Notes under the pieces: model-generated
Database searches by the model: none
Seen by the model: only the letters and a program-made list of their open reading frames with translations
What the model was told of the DNA's origin: nothing
Source of the DNA: an uncultured Oscillospiraceae bacterium
Lineage (GTDB): Bacteria > Bacillota > Clostridia > Oscillospirales > Oscillospiraceae
Length of the DNA: 64,000 nucleotides
Reading direction: 5' to 3'
NCBI GenBank assembly: GCA_944385125.1
Contig: CALWVZ010000005.1
Coordinates: forward strand, 74-64,073
Translations under genes and position numbers: made by a program
Part shown: positions 28,438-38,291 of the stretch, one piece after another
How positions within the stretch are numbered: position 1 is the first letter of the stretch
Layout: the number at the start of each line of letters is the position of its first letter

Positions 28438-31260
28438 ATGCAGGATAAAATTTATATTAAAGGAGCCAGGGAGAACAATCTTAAAAACATTGACCTGGAG
28501 ATTCCCCGAGACAAGCTGGTGGTCATCACGGGCCTGTCCGGCAGCGGAAAGTCCTCCCTGGCCTTCGATACCATATATGCCGAAGGACAGCGCCGGTATG
28601 TGGAGAGCCTCAGCTCCTACGCCCGGATGTTCCTGGGCCAGATGGACAAGCCGGATGTGGATTATATAGACGGCCTTTCCCCGGCAATTTCCATCGACCA
28701 GAAGACAACATCCAAAAACCCCAGGTCCACCGTGGGCACGGTTACCGAGATATACGACTATCTCCGCCTGCTCTGGGCCAGAGTCGGCGTTCCCCACTGT
28801 CCAAAGTGCGGCAAAGAGATACGCCGTCAGACCATCGACCAGATAGTGGACCGTATAATGGAGCTGCCTCAGGGCACCAGGATACAGGTGCTATCCCCGG
28901 TGGTGCGTTCCAGAAAGGGGGAGCATGCCAAGGTCTTCGAAGACGCTAAAAAGGCGGGCTATGTCCGTGCCAGGGTGGATGGGATAGCCTATGAGCTCTC
29001 GGAAGAAATTAAGCTGGAAAAGAATAAGAAGCACAATATCGAGATAGTGGTGGACAGGCTGGTGATAAAGCCGGACCTCACCCGCCGCCTTACCGACTCT
29101 GCGGAGACGGCCATGTCCCTGTCCGGCGGCCTGCTGCATATAGACCTGGTATCCAGCGGGGAGCAGCTCAGTTTCTCCCAGAACTACGCCTGCGATGACT
29201 GCGGCATATCCCTGGAGGAGCTGGAGCCCCGGCTCTTCTCCTTCAACAATCCCCACGGCGCCTGCCCCACATGTACGGGCCTGGGGGTACAGCTGCTGGT
29301 GGACCCGGAGCTTATCATGCCTAATCCTGAACTGAGCATAGCAGAGGGGGCCATAGTTGCTTCCGGCTGGAACAACATCAAGGGAGACTCTATATCCCGC
29401 ATGTATTTTGATGCTCTGGCAAAACGCTACCATTTCAAGCTGACAGAGCCGATAAACAGACTGTCCAAAGAGGCAGTAGATGCCATACTGTATGGCACAA
29501 AGGGTGAACCCTTGCAGCTGAGGTATGAGCGCAGTGAGGGCTATGGAGTCATCCGCCGGGAGTTTGAAGGCATAGTCAATAATCTTGAGCGAAGATATAA
29601 GGAGACCCAGAGTCCGGCCATGAGAGCCGACATTGAGGAATGCATGTCCGAGACCCCGTGTCCCACCTGCGGCGGAATGCGCCTTAAGAAGACGGCTCTG
29701 GCGGTGACCGTGGGGGGCATGAATATAGCAGACTTCTGCTCCCTGTCGGTGTTCAAGGCCCTGGAGTTTATTGATTCCCTGCAGCTGAGCCCAAAGGAGC
29801 AGATAATAGCTGAGCGTATAGTGAAGGAGATAAAAGCCCGTCTGGGCTTTCTCACCAGCGTAGGTCTTGGATATCTGTCTCTGGCCCGCTCCGCCGCCAC
29901 TCTCTCCGGCGGTGAGAGCCAGCGCATACGTCTTGCCACCCAGATAGGCTCCAGCCTTATGGGCGTGCTGTACATCCTGGACGAGCCCAGCATAGGTCTG
30001 CACCAGCGGGACAACGAGAAGCTGCTGAATACGCTAAAGCAGCTGAGAGACCTGGGCAATACCCTGATAGTTGTGGAACACGACGAGGACACGATCCGCT
30101 CCGCAGACTATGTGGTGGACATCGGCCCCGGGGCCGGAGTCAACGGGGGAGAGGTGGTCTGTGCAGGCAGCGTGGAGGATATCTGCGCCTGCCCAGGCTC
30201 CATCACCGGGCAGTATCTCAGCGGCCGGATGAAGATACCCGTGCCGGAAAAACGCCGCCCAGGAAACGGTAAAGTCATAAGAATATGCGGCGCACGGGAG
30301 AACAACCTGAAAAATATCGATGTGGATATACCCCTGGGCAAGCTCATCTGCGTTACGGGGGTTTCCGGCAGCGGCAAATCCTCTCTCATCAACGAGATAT
30401 TCTATAAGACTCTGGCGGCGGAGAAGAACCGGGTGAAAGTCCGGCCCGGAAAGAGCGACGGGCTCACGGGCCTGGAGTATGTGGACAAGGTCATTGCCCT
30501 GGACCAGAGCCCCATCGGACGTACTCCCCGCTCCAACCCTGCAACCTATACCGGCGTGTTCAATGATATCAGGAACCTCTTTGCCTCCACCCAGGATGCA
30601 AGGCTGAGGGGATATAACCAGGGGCGCTTCTCCTTCAATGTGAAGGGAGGACGCTGCGAGGCCTGCTGCGGCGACGGACTTTTGAAGGTGGAGATGCACT
30701 TCCTGCCGGACGTGTACGTGCCCTGCGAGGTCTGCGGCGGCAAGCGCTACAACCGGGAGACCCTGGAAGTAAAATACAAGGGCAAGAGCATAGCCGACGT
30801 ACTGGACATGACAGTGGAAGAGGCCTGCGTATTTTTTGAAAACCAGCCCAAGATATACAGTAAGATAAAGACCCTTTACGAGGTGGGCCTGGGCTATGTG
30901 CGGCTGGGCCAGTCCAGTACCACTCTCTCTGGAGGCGAGGCTCAGAGAGTGAAGCTGGCAACGGAGCTTTCAAAGAAGAGCACCGGCTCCACAGTATATG
31001 TGCTGGATGAGCCCACTACGGGACTTCATGTGGCGGATGTCCACCGCCTGATAAATATTCTGGACAAGTTTGTGGACTCCGGTAACACGGTAGTGGTCAT
31101 AGATCACAATCTGGACGTAATCAAAGTGGCCGACCACATAATTGACCTTGGCCCAGAGGGGGGCGACGGAGGCGGAGAGCTGGTCTTTGCCGGCACTCCT
31201 GAGGACTGCGCCAGGTGCCCGGAGAGCTTTACCGGCCAGTTCTTAAAGCCCCTGCTGTGA
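28438..31260 (+). CDS. uvrA: Excinuclease ABC subunit A
   Basis: Two ABC modules ([23 protein letters not shown]; [13 protein letters not shown]), Zn modules ([19 protein letters not shown]) and two LSGGE signatures. ATG 28438 has GAGGA 6 nt upstream. Confidence 0.97.
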   Translation: MQDKIYIKGARENNLKNIDLEIPRDKLVVITGLSGSGKSSLAFDTIYAEGQRRYVESLSSYARMFLGQMDKPDVDYIDGLSPAISIDQKTTSKNPRSTVGTVTEIYDYLRLLWARVGVPHCPKCGKEIRRQTIDQIVDRIMELPQGTRIQVLSPVVRSRKGEHAKVFEDAKKAGYVRARVDGIAYELSEEIKLEKNKKHNIEIVVDRLVIKPDLTRRLTDSAETAMSLSGGLLHIDLVSSGEQLSFSQNYACDDCGISLEELEPRLFSFNNPHGACPTCTGLGVQLLVDPELIMPNPELSIAEGAIVASGWNNIKGDSISRMYFDALAKRYHFKLTEPINRLSKEAVDAILYGTKGEPLQLRYERSEGYGVIRREFEGIVNNLERRYKETQSPAMRADIEECMSETPCPTCGGMRLKKTALAVTVGGMNIADFCSLSVFKALEFIDSLQLSPKEQIIAERIVKEIKARLGFLTSVGLGYLSLARSAATLSGGESQRIRLATQIGSSLMGVLYILDEPSIGLHQRDNEKLLNTLKQLRDLGNTLIVVEHDEDTIRSADYVVDIGPGAGVNGGEVVCAGSVEDICACPGSITGQYLSGRMKIPVPEKRRPGNGKVIRICGARENNLKNIDVDIPLGKLICVTGVSGSGKSSLINEIFYKTLAAEKNRVKVRPGKSDGLTGLEYVDKVIALDQSPIGRTPRSNPATYTGVFNDIRNLFASTQDARLRGYNQGRFSFNVKGGRCEACCGDGLLKVEMHFLPDVYVPCEVCGGKRYNRETLEVKYKGKSIADVLDMTVEEACVFFENQPKIYSKIKTLYEVGLGYVRLGQSSTTLSGGEAQRVKLATELSKKSTGSTVYVLDEPTTGLHVADVHRLINILDKFVDSGNTVVVIDHNLDVIKVADHIIDLGPEGGDGGGELVFAGTPEDCARCPESFTGQFLKPLL

Positions 31261-31304
31261 CAGGACGGTGAACCTCCCCATAGGATAGAGGGGAGGTGCC
31301 GATA

Positions 31305-31658
31305 GTGTACAGGGCTTTTGCAATCATTGCGGCCATGCTGCTGTGCCTGCTGCTGATGTATCTTGCCTTGGGAAAATTTCCGGCCAGAGTGCGGCTGGGC
31401 AGAAACAGCCGCTGCCGCATCCAGCTGGAGGTAAAGGGTAGGGAGCCCAGACTGGAGCAGAGCGTCATGGAACTGCTGGAGCTTCTGAGAAGGGGCGGCT
31501 TGTGCAGCGAGCTGGTTATACAGGGCAGCCTGTTGGACGCAGAAACACGAAGAATGGCCATGGCCTTGGCAGAAGACTACGGCTGCGTTACATTTATTGA
31601 GGACGGAGAATCCCCATGGACCAGGAAAACGAACTGCTGGAAATATCCGGCACGGTAG
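31305..31658 (+). CDS. Hypothetical small membrane-anchored protein
   Basis: One N-terminal TM helix (AFAIIAAMLLCLLLMYLALG) followed by an ~85-aa soluble part. GTG 31305 is 6 nt after GGGGAGGTG; the ORF is also open from GTG 31296. The 3' end overlaps recD2 by 43 nt. Confidence 0.5.
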   Translation: MYRAFAIIAAMLLCLLLMYLALGKFPARVRLGRNSRCRIQLEVKGREPRLEQSVMELLELLRRGGLCSELVIQGSLLDAETRRMAMALAEDYGCVTFIEDGESPWTRKTNCWKYPAR

Positions 31659-33838
31659 AAAACGTAATTTATAAGAACGAAGAGAACGGCTATACCGTCT
31701 TGCGGCTGAAGAACGACAGCGGGGAAACGCTCACGGTGGTGGGCTGCTTCCCCTACGCTGCCGCCGGGGAATCCATGATAATCAGCGGCAGCTGGACAAA
31801 TCACAGCGTCCACGGACGCCAGTTCAAGGCGGAGTTTGCCCAGCGGCTGCTGCCTACCAGCGCCAGCGCCATCTATCAGTTTTTGGCCGGCGGCTCGGTG
31901 AAGGGCGTTGGCCCGGCTACCGCCTCCCTCATCGTAAACCGCTTCGGGGACAAGACCCTGGATGTGATGCTCAACTCCTGGCAGCAGCTGGCGGAGATAC
32001 GGGGCATCAGCCAGGCCAAGGCCCAGCAGATATCCAACAGCTTCCGCCGTCAGGCGGGGGTGCGCATGCTGATGGAGTTTGTGTGCTCCTTCGGCCTTCG
32101 GCCCATCCTGGCTATGCGTATGTACAAGTACTACGGGGATGAGGCCCTGGACTCTCTCCGGGCAAATCCCTACATACTCACCGGCAGCATGATAGGCGGC
32201 AGCTTCGCCGAGGCGGACGCTATGGCCCTGGAACTGGGCATAGAGGAGCACAGCAAAAACCGCATAGAGGCCGCAGTGCTCTTTGAACTGGCCCACAATA
32301 CCGGCAACGGCCACTGCTTCATTCCCTGGGAAAAGCTCTCGGCGGTGACGGCGGAGCTCATCGGCCTGGATAGCGAATCCATAGACGAGAATATACAGGA
32401 GCTTATCCAGGAGGGGCAGCTGCGCTATGAGGAGGTGGCGGGCTGCCGGGCCTGCTACCTGCCGGAGCTGTACGAGGCGGAGACCAATGCGGCGGAGCGC
32501 TTTGCCGCCATGAGCCGCCGCAGTTTCAATAGCCGGGCAGATGTAGATAAGCTGCTGGCCAGTCTGGAGAAGAGCCTGGGAATAAAGTATGCCCCTATGC
32601 AGAGGAAAACTTTGGAGCTGGCATTGAAGAACCAGCTGCTGGTGATAACCGGCGGTCCCGGCACCGGCAAGACCACCTCCATCCGGGCCATACTTGCTCT
32701 CTATGAGCAGCTGGGACTAAAGACCCTGCTCACGGCTCCCACCGGCCGGGCGGCAAAACGGATGACCGAGCTTACCGGCTATGAGGCCAGCACCATCCAT
32801 CGGCTGCTGGGGGCCAGGTTCGACGAGGAAGGGGACCGGGTGATATTTACCCGGGACGAAGAGGACAGACTGAACTGCGACGCAGTTATTCTGGACGAAA
32901 GCTCCATGGTGGATGTCTGCCTTATGGACGCTCTGCTCCGGGCCATGCCCCCGGACGCAAGACTGGTGATGGTGGGAGACGCCGACCAGCTGCCGCCGGT
33001 AGGACCGGGGAACGTGTTCTCCGCTTTGCTGCGCAGCCAGGTGGTCCCGGTAGTGCGCCTTACCGAGATATTCAGACAGAACGAAGGCAGCCGGATAATC
33101 CGCAACGCCCACATGATAAACCGGGGCGAGCACCCCAACCTGGCGGAAAACTCCGGGGATTTCTTCCGGCTCAAGCGACTCCAGGCGGCAAGCTCTGTAG
33201 AGACCATAGCGGAGCTGTGCTCCGTGCGCCTGCCGGGGAAAATGAAGATACCGCCGGAGGATATCCAAGTCCTTTCGCCCACAAGGAAGGGAGAGCTGGG
33301 CACGGTTAACCTGAACCGCCGTCTCCAGGAGGTCCTGAACCCCGCCGGAAAGGACAAGAAGGAAAAGCTCTTTGGCGACGCTGTCTTCCGGGAGGGGGAC
33401 AGGGTGATGCAGATACGCAATAACTACGATATAACGTGGAAGGATAAGTCGGGCAAAGAGAGCGGCGCCGGGATATACAACGGGGATATAGGCACCGTGG
33501 AGAGCATAGACCCGGAGGCGGAGACCATAACCGTGGACTTTGACGGACGCATAGCCTGCTTCGGTTTTGAGTCCCTCATCGAGCTGGAACATGCCTGGGC
33601 CATAACCGTCCACAAGGCCCAGGGCAGCGAGTACAGAGCCGTTATCCTGGCTCTCAGCTCCGGCTCCCAGATGCTGATGACCCGGGGCGTATTGTATACG
33701 GCCGTGACCCGGGCAAAGGAACTGATAATAATCGTGGGCGATGACCAGACCGCTTATCAGATGATAGATAATTACCGCCAGTCCAACAGATATACAGCCC
33801 TGCGGGTAAGGCTGAGAAAGCTCTGCGGTGCGGAATGA
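31616..33838 (+). CDS. recD2: SF1B ATP-dependent DNA helicase RecD2
   Basis: N-terminal OB/HhH region, Walker A ITGGPGTGKTT, Walker B VILDESSMVD, SH3 insert and motif VI ITVHKAQGSE. Confidence 0.93.
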   Translation: MDQENELLEISGTVENVIYKNEENGYTVLRLKNDSGETLTVVGCFPYAAAGESMIISGSWTNHSVHGRQFKAEFAQRLLPTSASAIYQFLAGGSVKGVGPATASLIVNRFGDKTLDVMLNSWQQLAEIRGISQAKAQQISNSFRRQAGVRMLMEFVCSFGLRPILAMRMYKYYGDEALDSLRANPYILTGSMIGGSFAEADAMALELGIEEHSKNRIEAAVLFELAHNTGNGHCFIPWEKLSAVTAELIGLDSESIDENIQELIQEGQLRYEEVAGCRACYLPELYEAETNAAERFAAMSRRSFNSRADVDKLLASLEKSLGIKYAPMQRKTLELALKNQLLVITGGPGTGKTTSIRAILALYEQLGLKTLLTAPTGRAAKRMTELTGYEASTIHRLLGARFDEEGDRVIFTRDEEDRLNCDAVILDESSMVDVCLMDALLRAMPPDARLVMVGDADQLPPVGPGNVFSALLRSQVVPVVRLTEIFRQNEGSRIIRNAHMINRGEHPNLAENSGDFFRLKRLQAASSVETIAELCSVRLPGKMKIPPEDIQVLSPTRKGELGTVNLNRRLQEVLNPAGKDKKEKLFGDAVFREGDRVMQIRNNYDITWKDKSGKESGAGIYNGDIGTVESIDPEAETITVDFDGRIACFGFESLIELEHAWAITVHKAQGSEYRAVILALSSGSQMLMTRGVLYTAVTRAKELIIIVGDDQTAYQMIDNYRQSNRYTALRVRLRKLCGAE

Positions 33839-34488
33839 AACTGCTGAGCTGGCTGCTGGATTTGGTGTACCCGCCCCGCTGCGCTTTCTGCCGCAGGCTT
33901 TTGCCTGACGGGGTGAGAGGCGTCTGCCGCTTTTGCGAGAAGAAATTGCCCTTTGTTCCCCCGGACGGCCAGGTGCAGAGCTTCAGAAATGTTGACAAGT
34001 GCCTCTCTCCCTTATATTATGAAGGCTCGGTCCGGGAATCCCTGCACCGTTATAAATTTTCCTCTCTCACTGCCTATGCAGATATTTACAGTGAATTTAT
34101 GGGAAAATGTATTGACGAAAACGGTATTTCCTGCGATATTATCACTTGGATACCTTTGAGCCGACGCAGACTTAGAAAGAGGGGTTATGACCAGGCAGAA
34201 CTGCTTGCCCGGCTGATAGCCAAAAGACAGGGCTTTCACTGCGTCCGGCTGCTGAAAAAACTCAGGAACAATCCGCCCCAATCCGGCACCGGCGGCCCGG
34301 AAAAGAGAAGGGCTAACGTGAAGGGGATATACTCCTGTATCAAGCCGGATCTGGTAAAGGAAAAGACCATACTGCTTATAGACGATATAGTCACCACCGG
34401 CGCCACTTTGTCCGAGGCGGCGGGAGTGCTGAAAAAGGCCGGAGCCGCCGGGGTGTACTGCGCCGCCGTGGCCAGAAGCATGAGATAA
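33835..34488 (+). CDS. comFC: ComF-family protein (ComFC, PRTase fold)
   Basis: N-terminal Cys pairs (CAFCRR...CRFC) and PRPP loop LLIDDIVTTGATL. ATGA overlap with recD2. Confidence 0.88.
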   Translation: MKLLSWLLDLVYPPRCAFCRRLLPDGVRGVCRFCEKKLPFVPPDGQVQSFRNVDKCLSPLYYEGSVRESLHRYKFSSLTAYADIYSEFMGKCIDENGISCDIITWIPLSRRRLRKRGYDQAELLARLIAKRQGFHCVRLLKKLRNNPPQSGTGGPEKRRANVKGIYSCIKPDLVKEKTILLIDDIVTTGATLSEAAGVLKKAGAAGVYCAAVARSMR

Positions 34489-34510
34489 GTGCGGGAAAGG
34501 GGGTAGGCAG

Positions 34511-35488
34511 ATGAAGAAAATATGGGCCTTTGTTTTGTCTGCCGTACTGCTGAGCCTGCCCGGCTGCGGGAAAAGCACGGATAGTTCAGCAGCAACAGAA
34601 GAACCGGTGCCTGTTCCTTCAGAGACCGTGACGGCCCAAGCAGAAAGCGAAATACCGAATATTACCGAGATGCCTAGCACGGATGGCCTGTATTCCGTCT
34701 TACCCTCCAGGTTTACCTTTTCCAGCGGCACAGGAGGCTGGATGACGGTTATGGAGCTCAATGATGACGGCAGTTTTACAGGCAGCTTTCAGGACTCGGA
34801 CATGGGCGTTAGGGGAGAAGGCTACCCCAAGGGAACCGTATATAAATCCGATTTTTCCGGGAAGTTTTCCCAGCCGGAACAGCTAGGTCAGTTCGTTTAT
34901 TCAGCCCAGCTTGAATATTTGAATTTGGACGGGACGCCCGGAGACGAGTATATAGAAGACGGTACCCGTTATATATATTCCGAAGCATACGGCTTTGACG
35001 ACGCCGGGACCTTCCTGTTTTATCTACCGGGCTGCCCCTTGAAAGAAGTGGACGAAGCCTTCCTCTCCTGGGTCCGCATAAACAGTTCCGCTGTCCCGCC
35101 CGGAGTGTACGGGATCTACAACGTGGGTGGAATGATGGGCTTTTGCGGCGCAGACAGGGAGGATGCCTGGATAAAGGAATTTGTATACAATTTCAGCGAT
35201 TGCCGCTCAACTCTGATTCTCAGCTACAGCTCCGTCAGTGAATTGATCTTTCTGCCTGAGTCCGGAGCCGCTGTGATTTCGCTGAGCTTTGACTGGAAGG
35301 ATGACGGTCGGGAAACTTTCTCGGCCGAGGATTTCAGGGGGACAGGCGAGTATAACATAGACCTGGACATCGGCGAAGACTTCAGGTCTGTGACGGTCAC
35401 GGTGGAGAGCCTGTCAGGACAGAGCCTGGAAGCCTGGGGCGGAACCCCCGACGGCAGGCTGTGCGCCGAATATAAAATGGAAAACTAG
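34511..35488 (+). CDS. Hypothetical lipoprotein
   Basis: Signal peptide with lipobox LLSLPGC. No recognisable catalytic motifs. 325 aa. Confidence 0.65.
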   Translation: MKKIWAFVLSAVLLSLPGCGKSTDSSAATEEPVPVPSETVTAQAESEIPNITEMPSTDGLYSVLPSRFTFSSGTGGWMTVMELNDDGSFTGSFQDSDMGVRGEGYPKGTVYKSDFSGKFSQPEQLGQFVYSAQLEYLNLDGTPGDEYIEDGTRYIYSEAYGFDDAGTFLFYLPGCPLKEVDEAFLSWVRINSSAVPPGVYGIYNVGGMMGFCGADREDAWIKEFVYNFSDCRSTLILSYSSVSELIFLPESGAAVISLSFDWKDDGRETFSAEDFRGTGEYNIDLDIGEDFRSVTVTVESLSGQSLEAWGGTPDGRLCAEYKMEN

Positions 35489-35546
35489 ATTTAATGACAA
35501 TTGAGCATATATAGCAGATAAAATCAAAAGTACAGAGGAGACACAT

Positions 35547-36578
35547 ATGAATCTTTTTGAGAGAGATATTGCCGTTGATATGGGTACATCTTCTACCCTG
35601 CTTTTCGAGCAGGGCAAGGGCGTTGTGGCCAGGGAGCCCACCGTTGTGGCCGTTGACAAATTCAGCGGCAGGATCCTGAAAATAGGCCAGGACGCTCAGC
35701 GGATGCTGGGCCGTACCCCCGCCAACATCGTGGCCATCCATCCTATAAACGCCGGCGTAATCTCCGACTATGAAATAACCGCTCAGATGTTGAGAGAGCT
35801 GGTGAGCCGCATAACGTCTTTCAGCCTGTTCAAGCCCTGCATACTGGCCTGCGTGCCCAGCAGCATTACCGGCGTGGAAGAGCGGGCTGTCATCGACGCT
35901 GCTATTGAAGCCGGAGCCCGCAAGGTCTATCTGCTGGAGACCGCCGTGGCCACCGCCATGGGCGCCGGCGTGGACATCTCCAAGGCCGACGGCCACATGA
36001 TAATAGATATCGGCGGCGGCACCACGGAAATTGCCATCGTCTCTGCCGGCGGCGTTGTGGAATGCGAGTCCATAAAGATAGCCGGAGCCAGCTTTGACGA
36101 GTCCATAGTGAGATTCATAAAACAGAAATACGATATGCTCATAGGCCTGAGCACCGCCGAGGAACTCAAGCGCAGTATCGGCTGCGTCATCCAGCGGCCG
36201 GACGTGGGCTATGAGGAGATAAAGGGCCGAGACCTGGCCAACGGTTTGCCCAAGACCGTCCAGGTCAGTTCCACGGAGCTTATTGAAGCTTTCGTGGAGC
36301 CCATGAATAATATCCTTGAGGCCATACACACCGTGTTGGAACGCACTCCTCCCCAGTTGGTGGGCGACCTGGACAAAAACGGTATCATCATGTCCGGCGG
36401 CGGCAGCCTTATCTACGGCATAGACAGGCTCATCGAGCGCAGCACCGGCATACGCACCGTGGTGGTTGACGATGCGGTATCCTGCGCCGCCTACGGCGCC
36501 GGCAAAATGCTCATGCACCTGGACGACCTTCAGGACGGAATGATGAACTTCTACAGGAAGCGTCAGCTTAAAGGCTGA
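35547..36578 (+). CDS. mreB: Rod-shape determining actin homologue MreB/Mbl
   Basis: Actin-fold phosphate loops IAVDMGTSSTLL and IIDIGGGTTEIAIVS. No mreC/mreD follow. Confidence 0.93.
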   Translation: MNLFERDIAVDMGTSSTLLFEQGKGVVAREPTVVAVDKFSGRILKIGQDAQRMLGRTPANIVAIHPINAGVISDYEITAQMLRELVSRITSFSLFKPCILACVPSSITGVEERAVIDAAIEAGARKVYLLETAVATAMGAGVDISKADGHMIIDIGGGTTEIAIVSAGGVVECESIKIAGASFDESIVRFIKQKYDMLIGLSTAEELKRSIGCVIQRPDVGYEEIKGRDLANGLPKTVQVSSTELIEAFVEPMNNILEAIHTVLERTPPQLVGDLDKNGIIMSGGGSLIYGIDRLIERSTGIRTVVVDDAVSCAAYGAGKMLMHLDDLQDGMMNFYRKRQLKG

Positions 36579-36608
36579 TAATATTCGAGAGGGAAGGGAG
36601 AGCCGGAG

Positions 36609-37331
36609 ATGAAACTGAAGAAGGTCTTCAGAATAAAGCAAAAAGATCCCCACTGCTCAGTGGTGGTAGTGGCCGCCGGAAGCTCTGAACGCATGGGCAG
36701 CGATAAAATGCTCATGACCCTGGGGGCAAAGCCCGTTATAATCAGGACTCTTATGGCTTTCCAGAAAAGCCCCCTGGTGGATGACATAGTCGTGGTCACC
36801 AGGCAGGAGAAGATAATGGCGCTGGCGGATATGATAAAGCTTTATGATATAAGCAAGGTGAGCCAGGTGATATCCGGCGGCGCCACCCGGATGGAGTCCT
36901 CTCTGGCGGGAGTTTCCGCCGTGCGCAAAGGCGCCAAGCTCATCGCCATACACGACGGGGCCCGTCCTTTGGTCAGCCAGGAGCTGATTGAAAGGGTCGT
37001 TAAAGCGGCAAACGAGCACATCTCCGCCGTGCCTGTTGTGCCAAGCACAGACACGCTGAAGCAAATTGACAAGGACGGCATCATCACCGGCAGCGTAGAC
37101 AGGGCCTCGGTGGTGAGGGTGCAGACTCCTCAGGTCTTTGATGCCGACGTGATCAAAGGCGCACTGACCAAGGCCGTCCAGAAACGCATGCCAATAACCG
37201 ACGACTGCTCCGCTGTGGATATGATGGGTTTCTCCACCTACACCGTGGCGGGAGACGCAGGGAATATAAAGCTCACCCTGCCTGAGGACATGGTCCTGGC
37301 AGAGGCCATACTTAAAAACAGAGGTGATTGA
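36609..37331 (+). CDS. ispD: 2-C-methyl-D-erythritol 4-phosphate cytidylyltransferase
   Basis: [13 protein letters not shown]-loop-like motif and AIHDGARP. 240 aa. Confidence 0.9.
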   Translation: MKLKKVFRIKQKDPHCSVVVVAAGSSERMGSDKMLMTLGAKPVIIRTLMAFQKSPLVDDIVVVTRQEKIMALADMIKLYDISKVSQVISGGATRMESSLAGVSAVRKGAKLIAIHDGARPLVSQELIERVVKAANEHISAVPVVPSTDTLKQIDKDGIITGSVDRASVVRVQTPQVFDADVIKGALTKAVQKRMPITDDCSAVDMMGFSTYTVAGDAGNIKLTLPEDMVLAEAILKNRGD

Positions 37332-37332
37332 T

Positions 37333-37809
37333 TTGCGTATAGGCCACGGATATGACGTGCACCGGCTGGTGCCGGACAGGAAGCTGATCCTGGGGGGCGT
37401 GGATATTCCCTGGGAAAAGGGCCTGCTGGGCCATTCCGATGCCGACGTTCTGACCCACGCACTTATGGACGCTCTGCTGGGAGCCGCCGCACTGGGGGAT
37501 ATAGGAAAACTGTTTCCCGACAATGACCCAAAATATTCCGGGGCTGACAGTATAGAGCTTTTAAAAGAGGTGTGCCGAATTATAGGGGACAGGGGCTACA
37601 GTATTTGCAATGTGGACTGCACAGTGTTGGCCCAGAGACCCAAGCTAGCCCCCCATATACCCTTCATGCGTGAGCGGCTGGCCGGAGCAATGGGCCTGGA
37701 TGCAGAGCAGGTGAGCGTTAAGGCCACAACTGAGGAAGGACTGGGCTTTACAGGCGAGGGCCTGGGTATAGCCGCCCATGCCGTGGCGCTGATAGATAAA
37801 AGCAAATAG
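37333..37809 (+). CDS. ispF: 2-C-methyl-D-erythritol 2,4-cyclodiphosphate synthase
   Basis: [11 protein letters not shown] and [14 protein letters not shown] 37333 (AGAGGTGA upstream, 1 nt after the ispD stop) is preferred; GTG 37324 is also possible. Confidence 0.92.
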   Translation: MRIGHGYDVHRLVPDRKLILGGVDIPWEKGLLGHSDADVLTHALMDALLGAAALGDIGKLFPDNDPKYSGADSIELLKEVCRIIGDRGYSICNVDCTVLAQRPKLAPHIPFMRERLAGAMGLDAEQVSVKATTEEGLGFTGEGLGIAAHAVALIDKSK

Positions 37810-37870
37810 CAAAGGCGAAAAGCACGCATATGATGAAATATATCTGTGCGATGTACCGCCTATGTGAAGA

Positions 37871-37902
37871 TCCGCACAGCTTTATGCTGTGCGGAATTTT
37901 TT
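37871..37902 (+). terminator. Rho-independent terminator after ispF
   Basis: TCCGCACAGC-TTTAT-GCTGTGCGGA followed by ATTTTTT. Confidence 0.75.
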
Positions 37903-37954
37903 GCACAGAGTAATGAATCTCATCATGCCGCATGTGCGGAGAATCGGGAGCGAA

Positions 37955-38203
37955 ATGATGCAGTATCTGATAATGTGCCGGTCCATGACCTATGCCCAGC
38001 GCAGTGCGGCGCTGCTGGAGCGCAGCGGAATTTCCGCAAGAGTAGTTAAAGCTCCTCAGGGACTTAGCAGCAGCGGCTGCGGCTACGGCGTATCCCTGTA
38101 TAGGCGCTTTGAGGAGGCTAGGGATATGCTGAAAAAAAACGGGCTGCTAAACGGCAAAAGTTTTTTCCGGGATGACAACGGTGAGTACAGAGAGATAAAT
38201 TGA
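37955..38203 (+). CDS. DUF3343-family small protein (putative S/Se carrier-like)
   Basis: MMQYLIMCRSMTYAQRSAALLERSGISARVVKAPQGLSSSGCGYGV matches my memory of the DUF3343 pattern. ATG 37955 follows GGGAG. The longer track start at 37889 would lie inside the ispF terminator. Confidence 0.6.
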   Translation: MMQYLIMCRSMTYAQRSAALLERSGISARVVKAPQGLSSSGCGYGVSLYRRFEEARDMLKKNGLLNGKSFFRDDNGEYREIN

Positions 38204-38291
38204 ACTCAGACTGTGAGCAGAGCTCTTTCTGTCTGCCGTTGGATGGAGAGGAGCCGGTATCCTTTCACCAGCGGCAGAAGGGAGAGCTTTT

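Noticed and set aside
37830-37913. 27-codon Cys-rich micro-ORF (MMKYICAMYRLCEDPHSFMLCGIFCTE) upstream of the DUF3343 gene
   Set aside because: It has no properly spaced RBS, and it runs straight through the ispF terminator hairpin, which explains the sequence better.
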